Position numbers and translations under genes: made by a program. Positions 1 to 9,936 of a stretch of DNA of 28,708 nt are shown here, piece by piece. The number at the start of each line of letters is the position of its first letter. Positions within the stretch are counted from its first letter, which is position 1. The notes under the pieces were generated by a model. It did not search any database. It was not told where the DNA came from and worked only from the letters and a program-made list of their open reading frames with translations. Source of the DNA: Promethearchaeota archaeon (GTDB lineage Archaea; Asgardarchaeota; Lokiarchaeia; Sigyniarchaeales; SOKP01); NCBI GenBank assembly GCA_008080735.1, contig SHMW01000054.1, positions 1 to 28,708 of the forward strand. The letters run 5' to 3'.

Positions 1-1873
1 CGAAAAACTTCGAATCTATAAATTGGAATCTATAATAAGAATTATCAAAGATGAGTATCTAATAAATCAAATATTTCTTACGAAAGAAGAAAAACTAGAA
101 ACAACATATCAGAAAAATATTATGTTAGATATTAGCAAAGAGAATCTTCAGAAAAAATTGGAGGGATTTATAAATAGTGATCCTCCCTTAATAAAACCAA
201 TGCTGATATCCACCATTAGCGTAGGAACTTTTGCAAAATATTATTTGCAAATTATAACAAAAAAAAATAAAGAAACCATTAAGATATGGGATTACATTAA
301 AAGTTATTTTCCTAGAATTTTTCATAATTTTGGAGAGTATTACAATTCGAATGCTGAAATTATTAGTACACATCTTTGGCTTTATAATTTTACTTCTTAC
401 GAGAAACATCTGCTTATTTCAACCATTTATAATCTTTTTAATGAAAATCTTATAAGTCTGAGACGTTTCTTTTTCGATGGTTTTTTCCAGCCATATTCAA
501 GGAAAGACTTTTATGATTTTGAGAAGAAAAAATTCTTCTATACTCAAGATTTGTTTGACCAATTCTTCAAATATACTAAAGCGATATTTGGAAAGAAACT
601 TTTAGATTATGAAAACGTTAAAAATGAAAGAGAAAGAATTTTTTGGAAAGGAAATGATAAGGATTTTAATAATTTGACTAACAAGATCAAAGATAGAATC
701 TCACGAGAAAAAATTTCATTTGATCTTAGTAGATTTGAAAAACTGAAAAACTTCCACCAACAAATAACAGCAAATCTGCTCGATAATGAAAAATTTAATA
801 TTATAAATAAGAAAGATTTTTTCCAACAATATGTAGACCATATCTATTTTATACCAAATTACCAAAAATTCGGATTCGCTTCTTATTTTCTATATTTGGC
901 TCCGTCCGATCTTAATGAAATTGATTTTAAATTATTATTCATTAATACCTTTGACCAAGTAAACTATCCCGGATACATTGACAACTCTAAATCCTTATTT
1001 ATTAGATATATCTTTCCTTATAGAAATCCAAATATTTCATATTTAAATTGGTTAACTAAGTCGAAGAAGATTATTAACGAATATTATCTATTTTTTCTCA
1101 AAAAGGTGTATCAGCTCTTTCATTTTGATTATAATATTGGCCCAGAAGGTTGGGATCTAAATCCTAACCGATTTACATCATTTTATCAAAGTATTATGTT
1201 TGATTCTAATTATAATCTTAAATCCTCACCTATTAAAACATATCAAATTGGTAATCTCCGAACTAGCGAGAAATATCCTCCGCATTCCGAAGAATATAAA
1301 ATTCTAAGAGATTTATACACTTATCAAAAACAGGACCTTAAAACAATATTATCCCTAAGAAATGTATCGGACATTACGAGAATAGAACGACTACTCAAGC
1401 AGGATTTGATTTTTCCATATATCGACCTTCGAAACTTAGGGTTAATTGAAACACTCATAATGGTTTTACCCAGTGTAAGTGAGGTGATAATACCTCAAAT
1501 TATTAAGATATTCAGTTTTTTCAATTTCGGATTTATATATGAGACGGAAGGTTCATATTATATTAAGGGGGATAAAGATTCAAAAAAATTCAAGAAAGGA
1601 TTAGTCATTCAATTGGAACTTCCAGATACCGATTTAGGAGAATTCATACAGAGGTTTCACCAGATATTTCAATATTTCGATATAGAAAACTATTTGATAC
1701 TGAATGATTTATTAGATGGAAAAACATTATTAGAAAATGTATATGGGAATTTGGATTTTCTTAAACAATATAATCCACTTAATAATTTAGAATGGAACGA
1801 AAAAGATAAAATCTGGATGAATTCGAAGCTTTTTGACGAAGAATTTAATTTTCTCTATCCCGAATTAGTTTAA
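1..1873 (+). CDS. Large hypothetical protein, 5'-truncated by the window; possible tandem Lrp/AsnC-like repeats
   Basis: The frame is open from base 2 (EKLRIYKL...) through the TTG at 23, so the gene probably starts upstream of the window. Two similar segments, FIPNYQKFGFASYFLYL and FPYIDLRNLGLIETLIMVL, recall the Lrp/AsnC 'id..klG' linker. Confidence 0.7.
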   Translation, partial: EKLRIYKLESIIRIIKDEYLINQIFLTKEEKLETTYQKNIMLDISKENLQKKLEGFINSDPPLIKPMLISTISVGTFAKYYLQIITKKNKETIKIWDYIKSYFPRIFHNFGEYYNSNAEIISTHLWLYNFTSYEKHLLISTIYNLFNENLISLRRFFFDGFFQPYSRKDFYDFEKKKFFYTQDLFDQFFKYTKAIFGKKLLDYENVKNERERIFWKGNDKDFNNLTNKIKDRISREKISFDLSRFEKLKNFHQQITANLLDNEKFNIINKKDFFQQYVDHIYFIPNYQKFGFASYFLYLAPSDLNEIDFKLLFINTFDQVNYPGYIDNSKSLFIRYIFPYRNPNISYLNWLTKSKKIINEYYLFFLKKVYQLFHFDYNIGPEGWDLNPNRFTSFYQSIMFDSNYNLKSSPIKTYQIGNLRTSEKYPPHSEEYKILRDLYTYQKQDLKTILSLRNVSDITRIERLLKQDLIFPYIDLRNLGLIETLIMVLPSVSEVIIPQIIKIFSFFNFGFIYETEGSYYIKGDKDSKKFKKGLVIQLELPDTDLGEFIQRFHQIFQYFDIENYLILNDLLDGKTLLENVYGNLDFLKQYNPLNNLEWNEKDKIWMNSKLFDEEFNFLYPELV

Positions 1874-2182
1874 AGATAGAAACATCTACAAATTATTATG
1901 TTAATATTGTTAATCTATATTTACTAACATCTATAAGAAGTTCAGATTCTCCAAATTCTCTGATAAAAAATTTACCCTAAGTTTTTATGGTACCCAAATC
2001 AATATAAAATATTCTATCTCGTTTTTAAAGGGTATCACTTTGATTTTACTGATCTGTCCAAATCTTTTTTCTGAGTTTTGGATAAAAATTTTTTAATAAT
2101 TTCTCGAATTCCTATATGTTTTTAGGAGTAATCTCAGTAACACTTATAAACAAATGAAAGAATTTTAATAATCGATACATTT

Positions 2183-2375
2183 AAAAGGCACACTCCCTCT
2201 CTTATCTATTTATAAATAATTTGTAAAAATGCATAAAATAAGAATATTTTTACTATAGAACACTAAATACTTCTAAAAACTCTAAAGACAAACGAGGAAG
2301 GGCTTAAGACTTGAGGGTGTGAATATGGGTCACTTTCCCCCCAAACTGGCGAATTTGGGGGGATAAACCTTTTTT
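2183..2375 (+). ncRNA. Candidate structured non-coding element ending in a GC-rich hairpin and T-tract
   Basis: Perfect 10-bp stem TCCCCCCAAA (2336-2345) / TTTGGGGGGA (2354-2363) with an 8-nt loop, followed by TAAACC and T6. Possible long-range pairings are CACACTC (2189-2195) / GGGTGTG (2315-2321) and AAAAGG (2183-2188) / CCTTTT (2368-2373). A TATA-like CTTATAAA lies at 2143-2150. Confidence 0.35.
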
Positions 2376-2465
2376 AAACGTAGCATTTTAATTTATGGTT
2401 CAACCCTTTTGGAAAATTAAGCATTTATAAAGTTTTAACGCGATATAATAACTAGATTCGGAGCT

Positions 2466-3902
2466 ATGAACGAAAATAATACCATTAAATATGAAGAACT
2501 TAAATCTCTTTTTTATCCAGAACATATAGCCTTCGTCGGGGCGTCTGAAAATTCTGCCTTTGGAGCCATGCTCTATCTCCCCGATTTTAGGGATTCAAGA
2601 TGGTCTGACACTTTCTATCCGATAAATCCTAAATATGAGGAAATTTTGGGATGGAAGTGTTATTCTTCTGTACTAGATGTCCCATATCCCATTGATACCG
2701 CATATATCTCTCTTAAAACCGAGATAATTCCAATGGTTTTAAAAGAATGTGTGGAGAAAAAGATTAAGTGGGTAATTATATTTGCTTCTGGATTCTCAGA
2801 GACTGGCGAAGAAAAGGGCAAAAAGTTAGAAAACCAATTGCTTAATATAATAAAAGACTCGAAGACGCGAATAATAGGCCCTAACTGTTTGGGTCCGTAT
2901 AATGGAACGACAGGTATGGCCTTTTCCTTTGCATCTTCACCAAAAGCCGGTTCAATTTCATTTATGTCGCAATCAGGAGGGCATTTGAGCCAACTACTGG
3001 ATATTGGAGAAAAACGAGATATGCGATTTAGATTTGGCGTCTCATTTGGCAATCAGATCGATGTAAATTGTGTTGATTTTTTGCGCTTTTTTCGACAAGA
3101 TCCGAAGACAAAGGTTATTGCCGCATATCTAGAATCCTTTGGATCTGCAGAGGGGTATGAATTTTTTAAGGAATTAAAGAGGACCGCGGATAAAAAGCCA
3201 ATAATTATTTGGAAAGGGGGTTACACATCGATGGGTGCTCACGCTGCCTTTTCCCATACTGGGGCTCTCGCGACTAAATATGAGATGTGGGAAACTATGT
3301 CTAAGCAAACGGGAGCAATATTGGTTCATGATAATGAAGAGTTTTGGAATGTCTTGAAAACCTTTGAATTAATAGAAGAAGGAATATTACCTAAGGGTAG
3401 AAATGTTGCCATCATCACGCCTGGAGGTGGTTCCTCCGTGAATATGACAGACCTTTTTATATCCCACAACCTTAAAGTACCCATATTATCAGAAACAACG
3501 CAAAGAGAATTAGGACGTATCCTCCCAAAAGAAAATGTTATTATTCATAATCCAATTGATATGGGTGCTGCGGGTTTTATCATAGACGTCTATATTAAGT
3601 GCATTACGATAATTCTTGATGATCCTATCATTGATATTGTTGTTTTACCCTTGTGGCCTCATCATATCTTCCGTTATGTATTTAAGCGTATGGTTAATTT
3701 ACAAAAAAAAACGGAGAAACCCTTAGTTTTTTGTTTACCCAGTTTGGCAGATTCAATGGAACTTGTTAAAAAGTTTGCAAAAGCTAAGAAAATTCTACAC
3801 GGGCAAAGAGCTCTCTATTATTTTTCCCTCAAGGAAGCAGCAAATAGCCTAAATCTGTTATGTTCATTTGCAAAATTTTGTAATGTCAAAAAAAGGTTCT
3901 AA
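2466..3902 (+). CDS. ADP-forming acyl-CoA synthetase (acetate--CoA ligase family) alpha subunit / CoA-binding protein
   Basis: CoA-binding N-terminus (IAFVGAS, YPINPK), ASGFSE, IIGPNCLG, SQSGG, VSFGNQID, phospho-His motif SHTGALA, and NPIDM. No ATP-grasp (beta) domain is present. Confidence 0.9.
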   Translation: MNENNTIKYEELKSLFYPEHIAFVGASENSAFGAMLYLPDFRDSRWSDTFYPINPKYEEILGWKCYSSVLDVPYPIDTAYISLKTEIIPMVLKECVEKKIKWVIIFASGFSETGEEKGKKLENQLLNIIKDSKTRIIGPNCLGPYNGTTGMAFSFASSPKAGSISFMSQSGGHLSQLLDIGEKRDMRFRFGVSFGNQIDVNCVDFLRFFRQDPKTKVIAAYLESFGSAEGYEFFKELKRTADKKPIIIWKGGYTSMGAHAAFSHTGALATKYEMWETMSKQTGAILVHDNEEFWNVLKTFELIEEGILPKGRNVAIITPGGGSSVNMTDLFISHNLKVPILSETTQRELGRILPKENVIIHNPIDMGAAGFIIDVYIKCITIILDDPIIDIVVLPLWPHHIFRYVFKRMVNLQKKTEKPLVFCLPSLADSMELVKKFAKAKKILHGQRALYYFSLKEAANSLNLLCSFAKFCNVKKRF

Positions 3903-4018
3903 TTTTTTTTATATAATTAGAAACTCAGAGAGTGCCAAATAATAAAAATGGATTTTCATAGAATTGAGATTGGAAAAATAAGAAAGTTAAAAAAAATATA
4001 ATTGGATTTTTAAAACTT

Positions 4019-4516
4019 TTAGTAAAACTCGCTTTCACTCACAAGCATACCAAAAGTGGCATAAAAAACTCCATTAATGACTCCAGGGATAAATGTTAAG
4101 AAAATTACCCCTCCAATTGCTAATAGACTAGTCGAAGTTAAGTTTAAAAATTCAGGAATTAATAATAATCCCGCTGTTAATATTGCAATCAAAAACCATG
4201 CAAGCGCCGCAAATCTCTTCCCTCCTGCTAGCCTTCCGGCTATTATAGCTGCAATCAATGGAGAAACAATGTTAAATGTATATGTTAATATACCAGCAAT
4301 CGAACCTGCACCACCCGAGGACCATAGACCAAGAATATTAGTATAAGGTTCTGTTGCTATAGGACCAAATAATAAACTAAAAATTGATCCCAAATCGGTA
4401 AGTCCACTAAAAAATAAATCTATTATTCCACTCGCAGCAGCGACAATCAACGTAAAGACGAAGTTTAATGCCACAAAAACTACCAGACCAATTCCAAATC
4501 CTTTTATAAAGCTCAT
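4019..4516 (-). CDS. Hypothetical multi-pass membrane protein
   Basis: 165 aa with about 4 hydrophobic Gly/Ala-rich segments. Strong AGGAGG ribosome-binding site about 10 nt upstream of the ATG. Confidence 0.85.
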   Translation of the reverse strand: MSFIKGFGIGLVVFVALNFVFTLIVAAASGIIDLFFSGLTDLGSIFSLLFGPIATEPYTNILGLWSSGGAGSIAGILTYTFNIVSPLIAAIIAGRLAGGKRFAALAWFLIAILTAGLLLIPEFLNLTSTSLLAIGGVIFLTFIPGVINGVFYATFGMLVSESEFY

Positions 4517-4712
4517 ATCAACTTAAACCTCCTAAGTGTATAGATTTCTAATAATGTGATATTTAATATTAAATTAGAAAGATATATAAATGTATATGAA
4601 AAAAATAATAGATTTATCTATTCTTAACTATAGTGAATTTCGAATATTAAGTTCAATTTTAAGAATAGAAATTCAAACTTTAAATAATTTTTAGGGTTAT
4701 AATAATCAATCG

Positions 4713-5759
4713 ATGAAGAACAATAAATACAACCGATTCTCTGTTGGTAAACTAAGTCATAAATTTTTGGGGGATTTAATAGAACATTTTGTTTCTGATC
4801 TGGGAATCTTGGATAAAAGAATTATTATGGGCTCCAAAATAGGTGAGGATGCCGCGGTGATAGATATCCCGGGGGAAAATTATTTAGTTGTCAAAACTGA
4901 TCCTATAACTTTTACGACTAACCAGATAGGATACTATGTTGTTAATGTGAACGTTAATGATATTGTATGTACAGGAGCAACTCCAAAATGGTTCCAAACT
5001 ACTATACTTCTTCCCGAAAAGGGAACTAATAAGAAGCTGATTCAATCCATATTTCAAGATATCCACGACACTTGTCGATCCTTAGATATCGTCGTAATAG
5101 GGGGCCATACGGAAGTAACTGGAGGAATAAAACGTCCCATAATTATCGGGAACCTTATTGGAGAAGTCAAAAAAGAAAATTTGGTAAATACTTCTGGAGC
5201 AGAACCTGGAGATAATTTAATTCTGACTAAGGGAATATTTATAGAGGGAACTTCGATAATCGCTCGCGAAAAGGAAGATTTATTGAGAAAGAAGGGATAT
5301 AAATCCGAGTTTATCCAAAAATGTAAAAATTATCTATTCGAGCCGGGTATCAGCGTATATAAAGAAGCATTATTAGCAAATCAAAATTTTACTATAAAGG
5401 CAATGCACGACCCCACAGAAGGGGGTTTGGCCTGTGGTGTAGCCGAAATGGCAATAGCATCTGATACCGGGATTTTTATCAACATGGAAAACATTAATAT
5501 ATTATCCGAACCAAAAAAATTAAGTCAGATTTTTGATTTAAATCCTCTTGGAACAATTTCTTCTGGATCTTTATTAATTGCTATAGAACGAGAAAAGGAT
5601 GCAGATAAACTCATAAATTTACTTCAAAAGAATGAGATTTATGCTGTAAAAATCGGAGAGTTCCAAGAAAAAGAGAACGGATTACAAATCAAGAAAGAGA
5701 ATGGAAAAATTGAGACCTTATATTATTCTGAAAAGGATGAGATCGCAAAAATCTTTTAA
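4713..5759 (+). CDS. AIR synthase-related (PurM-like/HypE-like superfamily) protein
   Basis: GEDAAVI, KTDPITF, NVNDIVCTGA, GGHTEVT and MHDPTEGGL motifs. Lacks the C-terminal PRIC of true HypE. Confidence 0.85.
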   Translation: MKNNKYNRFSVGKLSHKFLGDLIEHFVSDLGILDKRIIMGSKIGEDAAVIDIPGENYLVVKTDPITFTTNQIGYYVVNVNVNDIVCTGATPKWFQTTILLPEKGTNKKLIQSIFQDIHDTCRSLDIVVIGGHTEVTGGIKRPIIIGNLIGEVKKENLVNTSGAEPGDNLILTKGIFIEGTSIIAREKEDLLRKKGYKSEFIQKCKNYLFEPGISVYKEALLANQNFTIKAMHDPTEGGLACGVAEMAIASDTGIFINMENINILSEPKKLSQIFDLNPLGTISSGSLLIAIEREKDADKLINLLQKNEIYAVKIGEFQEKENGLQIKKENGKIETLYYSEKDEIAKIF

Positions 5760-5788
5760 TTCGATAATTAGATTTAATCATTCAATTT

Positions 5789-6319
5789 TTAATATAAGCT
5801 CTTTCCATTAATTTGAGAGACAATTAGAGGTCCGAGCTTTTCTACTTTTAAGAACCATACTGCTTCACATAAACCTAAATCTTTCCATTCAACATCAAGA
5901 ACTTCTTTCACTTTCTCATTAATGATTGCTCCGCACCCACCCGTCAAACTTAAATACACAACACGGTAATTTTGGGTGTCTAAATTTCGCATCCCTCCCT
6001 TTCCAATGATAAATTTAACTTTTACTATATCGACCACTTCATTTTCCAAGGAATCCATTCTCTGACTAGTTGTTGGTCCTCCCGAAATTATTTCATAATA
6101 GCCCTCACATTCCTTAACAATTGGTCCACAATGGTAAATAGCAGTACCATCTAATCCCTTGAGAGAGTTGGGCAGCTTTCCTTTTTGACTATATTCAATA
6201 ATTCTTTTATGGGCTTGATCTCTGGCAGTAATTATTAATCCATCAAGATGCACTACATCTCCAAGATGTAAATCCTTTAACACTGAATCTTTAATGGGTA
6301 AATCTATTTTAAACCGCAT
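5789..6319 (-). CDS. Fe-S hydro-lyase beta subunit (class I fumarate hydratase C-terminal / TtdB family)
   Basis: TARDQAH, IYHCGP, GPTTSQRM, IIGKGGM and DLGLCEAVW motifs. Overlaps the alpha-subunit gene by 11 bp. Confidence 0.92.
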   Translation of the reverse strand: MRFKIDLPIKDSVLKDLHLGDVVHLDGLIITARDQAHKRIIEYSQKGKLPNSLKGLDGTAIYHCGPIVKECEGYYEIISGGPTTSQRMDSLENEVVDIVKVKFIIGKGGMRNLDTQNYRVVYLSLTGGCGAIINEKVKEVLDVEWKDLGLCEAVWFLKVEKLGPLIVSQINGKSLY

Positions 6320-7184
6320 CGATCACTTCTCCTTTTTTGTTAATCTTAAAGTAACAATACCTATGTGAATAACATTGAACTATTAAGCCAACGGGAAAAG
6401 AAGCAGGATGGCGCATTGCGATCTCAATGTGGACATCTAGAGCAGTGGTCTTTCCTCCTAATCCCATCGGTCCAATCTGAAGAGAATTGATTTTTTCTAA
6501 TATTTCTAACTCCATTTTAGCAACATCTTCTCGCTTATGGCGATCATTTAATGGCCTTAAAAGTGCCTTTTTAGCAAGTTTCATGCATATGGTTGCATCT
6601 CCTCCTATCCCAATCCCTAAAATTATAGGGGGACACGGCATACCACCCGCCTCTTTAATGCTCTCTATTATTTTATTCTGAAATGTTTGCAAACCTTCAG
6701 AGGGATTCAGCATAAAAAGTTTCGAAATATTTTCCGCCCCACCTCCTTTCGCTAAAACTGTTATCTTTAAGTGTTCATCATTTTCAATAATCTCTAAATA
6801 TATCGGAGGAACATTGATCCCAAGATTATTTTCTGGGTTTTCATTGGTAATGGGATCAACACTATTACCTCTCAGGGGGATTGAATTAGTGGCGTTTCTT
6901 ACACATTTATTTATTATATTTTTAAAATTAGATATTATAGGAAAATTCGCGCCAAGTTCGATAAAAAAATTCAACACTCCAGTGTCTTGACATATAGGTA
7001 TCTCATTTTCTGCTCCATAGGCAAAATTTTCTAACATCATTTCCAATTGGGCAATTGCCACATCGGAATTCTCTCGATCTAAGGATGATTTTAGAGAATC
7101 AATAATTTCTTTGGGTGCTTGAGTAATTGTCTTTTTAATCGTTTTTAATAATTCCCTTTCGATTATGATTTCTAAATTCTTCAA
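6309..7184 (-). CDS. Fe-S hydro-lyase alpha subunit (class I fumarate hydratase N-terminal / TtdA family)
   Basis: PICQDTG, KGGGAEN, GGMPCPP, GIGIGG, GPMGLGG and HPASFPV...QCYSHR, which supply three Fe-S Cys ligands. TTG start. Confidence 0.92.
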   Translation of the reverse strand: MKNLEIIIERELLKTIKKTITQAPKEIIDSLKSSLDRENSDVAIAQLEMMLENFAYGAENEIPICQDTGVLNFFIELGANFPIISNFKNIINKCVRNATNSIPLRGNSVDPITNENPENNLGINVPPIYLEIIENDEHLKITVLAKGGGAENISKLFMLNPSEGLQTFQNKIIESIKEAGGMPCPPIILGIGIGGDATICMKLAKKALLRPLNDRHKREDVAKMELEILEKINSLQIGPMGLGGKTTALDVHIEIAMRHPASFPVGLIVQCYSHRYCYFKINKKGEVIDAV

Positions 7185-7295
7185 TATTATTACCTAATTA
7201 ATGTTAAATTTTTTAAAACCAATCTAATAAATATAAAAAGGTTCATTAACCAATATTAGATAATATTGAAAGTTAAATAAAAGTTAAATAATTGT

Positions 7296-9242
7296 TTGGT
7301 CGAATTGGTTGTCGCTGAAGAGTTAGAAAAAATTCTGGACTATCTCGCGAAAAATGTCAAGGATATTGGTGGGTTTAATTTAGAAACGAAGAAAAAAGTT
7401 TTTTTTGATATCATATATCGGAATGATTCAATATTTGAATGTTTTAAGGAGGCAATACGAGAAAAATGGGTACAGTTCACTGAATCTAATAAAAACACAA
7501 TCATAAAAAGGACATATACTAGCTTTCTTTATAGGGAATTTTATGATTTTTTTTCCTTTTTTTTACAAACTTTTTTCGGATTAAATTCCCGAGAATCTTT
7601 GGATTTGGTTATAAAGGAAAAGATTTCCTATACCGATTTATTATTTGAATTCAATTATTATTTATCAGAAAAAGAAAAACAATTATTTGAAGAATTTTCA
7701 CAATCCCTCGATAACAATATAAAGGGATTATTTTATCCCACTGCCTATATTTTTTTCATTATTGAGACTCTTGGCATTATAATTAAAGGCATAACAGAAC
7801 AGAATTTCAAAATTTCACTGGAAGGCGCAACATATAGCTCTGAAAATGAAAGAAATTGTGTTAACTTCTTGGTAATTGTGAAGGATAGTAGAAAAGAGCT
7901 TTATGAATATTATTACAAAATGGTTTTATATTATTTTTTGAAACAATTCGGGACGATCCCGGAAAGCGCTTATAATTCAGTTTTAAAAGGTAAAGAGAAA
8001 CTCTATGAATTCGCTTTAGAATCTTATTCTCCTAAACAAAATAAAGAGAGGTTGGTTGATCTATTATACTATTTTTATCGAAAATGCGAATTATTGAACA
8101 ACTTTTGTCCAATTTTGGATTTTTTTAGCTTTATATGTTCTCGTGTAGAAGACTCTATTTTTTCCAAAAAGGATATTATCAAAAAAGACTATTTAAGCAA
8201 ATTTAATTTTAGTGTTGCAAAGAAAAATTCTCTTCTTAGGATATTTGATTATTTAGACAGAAGATCTACCCTCAGTTCGACCTTTTTGGCAAATAATCTT
8301 CCTTCAATCAAATCGCAGCTTAATTTATTTCTATTATACAAAAAGTATTATTTTGGAAGCGGATTAGAAACGTTAGAAATCGGAAATGTACTTTTTCTCC
8401 CAGATCGATTCAAGAAAAATTTAAACCAATCGAATAAAGACCTTCAATACGTAATAAACGCTAATTCTATTTTAAATATAAACTCATTCCTAGATTTTTT
8501 TGCATTATTATCGAATAAAAATAACATAAATTTGATCTTTGAAAATATTTTGGGTCTGAATGTTACAGAAATCAATTATGAATTCTTCAAGTGCTTTTTC
8601 AAAAGTCTAAATGAAAAATTAAATCTTATCTTAGCAGAGGAAAATAAATCCCTCACAAATAATCAAAAAGAAGAACCGATGAGTTTTAGTTTCATAATCC
8701 ATCACATCTGTCGAATGTTATATGTATTAATTGATAAAATATTTTTGAGTGATAATCTCGAAGAAGCATCCAAAAATTTCATCGATCCGCGCGGACGCTA
8801 TATTAGCCGAAATATTGCCTTGAGAGTTTTAGAATTATTTATTTTTCAAGATTATAACTTTAGTGATGATTTATGGCCAGATTTTCTGCTCAGCTTAAAT
8901 CAAGAAAATATTTCAAAAAGAATTAAGAAATATGACATAGAACTCTCCAGCAAACATTTCTATAATCAAACCGAAATAAACCGTTTTATGATCACCTACA
9001 ATTTCCAAACATTCTCAGATGAAGAATTTCTTGAGAGTTGGCTTCTTAAAACTCTAATTATTCCTTTAAATGATTTTATTATGGAAATTACTAATTCAGT
9101 ATCAGAAAGGAAAAATACTGATGAGATCTATGGAATATTATCTCAAAAACTGTTAAGCTCTAGCTCAAAGCCAGATAATCCAGAGGATATAAAAGATTTT
9201 TGCCGTAAATTAGCAAGATTTTGGGAAACAATTAGGTTATAA
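7296..9242 (+). CDS. Hypothetical protein (648 aa, predicted helical, no recognised motif)
   Basis: Long ORF filling the space between the fumarase and mobB genes. The start (TTG) is uncertain. Confidence 0.8.
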   Translation: MVELVVAEELEKILDYLAKNVKDIGGFNLETKKKVFFDIIYRNDSIFECFKEAIREKWVQFTESNKNTIIKRTYTSFLYREFYDFFSFFLQTFFGLNSRESLDLVIKEKISYTDLLFEFNYYLSEKEKQLFEEFSQSLDNNIKGLFYPTAYIFFIIETLGIIIKGITEQNFKISLEGATYSSENERNCVNFLVIVKDSRKELYEYYYKMVLYYFLKQFGTIPESAYNSVLKGKEKLYEFALESYSPKQNKERLVDLLYYFYRKCELLNNFCPILDFFSFICSRVEDSIFSKKDIIKKDYLSKFNFSVAKKNSLLRIFDYLDRRSTLSSTFLANNLPSIKSQLNLFLLYKKYYFGSGLETLEIGNVLFLPDRFKKNLNQSNKDLQYVINANSILNINSFLDFFALLSNKNNINLIFENILGLNVTEINYEFFKCFFKSLNEKLNLILAEENKSLTNNQKEEPMSFSFIIHHICRMLYVLIDKIFLSDNLEEASKNFIDPRGRYISRNIALRVLELFIFQDYNFSDDLWPDFLLSLNQENISKRIKKYDIELSSKHFYNQTEINRFMITYNFQTFSDEEFLESWLLKTLIIPLNDFIMEITNSVSERKNTDEIYGILSQKLLSSSSKPDNPEDIKDFCRKLARFWETIRL

Positions 9243-9247
9243 AATGA

Positions 9248-9748
9248 TTATCTTAAACCAAAAATTCTTGTGAATTTTTCAAACTCTTTTTCGATATTTA
9301 TTACTGGAATATTCTCTAATTCCTTTAAATCCGACTTAGATGTAAATATACCGGAAATCATAACTACATTTCTATTGTATTGCTCTTGAAAATTATCAAT
9401 ATCCTCTAAACACAAAATAGTAGGTTTCTCCACATCTCTAAATCCTTCTATAAATACCACATCAATATTAAAAGGTCCTTTTTCAAGCCATTTAATGAGC
9501 GTTTCTATTTTAATAGGCTTTTTAGTAAAAATTGTTGTTTCATCATATATATTCTTTGTAATTGCATAATTTGCCCCAGTTTGGGTGTATATGAATGAAT
9601 CCTTTCCTTTCTTGTCTATTTGATGTTCATGAATATTTTTTATGACCGCGCTGTCCATCTCTAGCTCATTTTTCAGACGCCCTATAGCATTTTTGATTAG
9701 ATAAGTCTTTCCGCTTCCAGAATATCCGATTAAGTTAATTATGTTCAT
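9248..9748 (-). CDS. mobB: Molybdopterin-guanine dinucleotide biosynthesis protein B
   Basis: N-terminal P-loop GYSGSGKT, IKNIHEHQIDKKGKDS and DVVFIEGFR. Typical length. Confidence 0.88.
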   Translation of the reverse strand: MNIINLIGYSGSGKTYLIKNAIGRLKNELEMDSAVIKNIHEHQIDKKGKDSFIYTQTGANYAITKNIYDETTIFTKKPIKIETLIKWLEKGPFNIDVVFIEGFRDVEKPTILCLEDIDNFQEQYNRNVVMISGIFTSKSDLKELENIPVINIEKEFEKFTRIFGLR

Positions 9749-9936
9749 TTATCTCTTCCCACTTTGACATTTTATGTATATCTCCCATTATATATTAGGT
9801 ATTCTTTTATGATTTTGCAATTTAAATCTTAAAAAAAACTAAAATAAAAAATCTCAGTTAGTAATTTAAAAAAATGTTAAAAATTATAAGTCTTTTTTTT
9901 ATAACAAACCACAATTTTTAAAAAAAGTTTTGTATT

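Noticed and set aside
2336-2363. SECIS element or tRNA fragment
   Set aside because: No AUGA/GA quartet or cloverleaf is present, and no nearby gene has a plausible in-frame Sec TGA.
4713-5759. HypE (NiFe-hydrogenase maturation) or SelD, which would fit a nickel or selenium theme
   Set aside because: There is no C-terminal PR(I/V)C required for HypE and no N-terminal Cys/Sec-x-x-Lys motif of SelD. It is best left as a PurM-like protein of unknown function.
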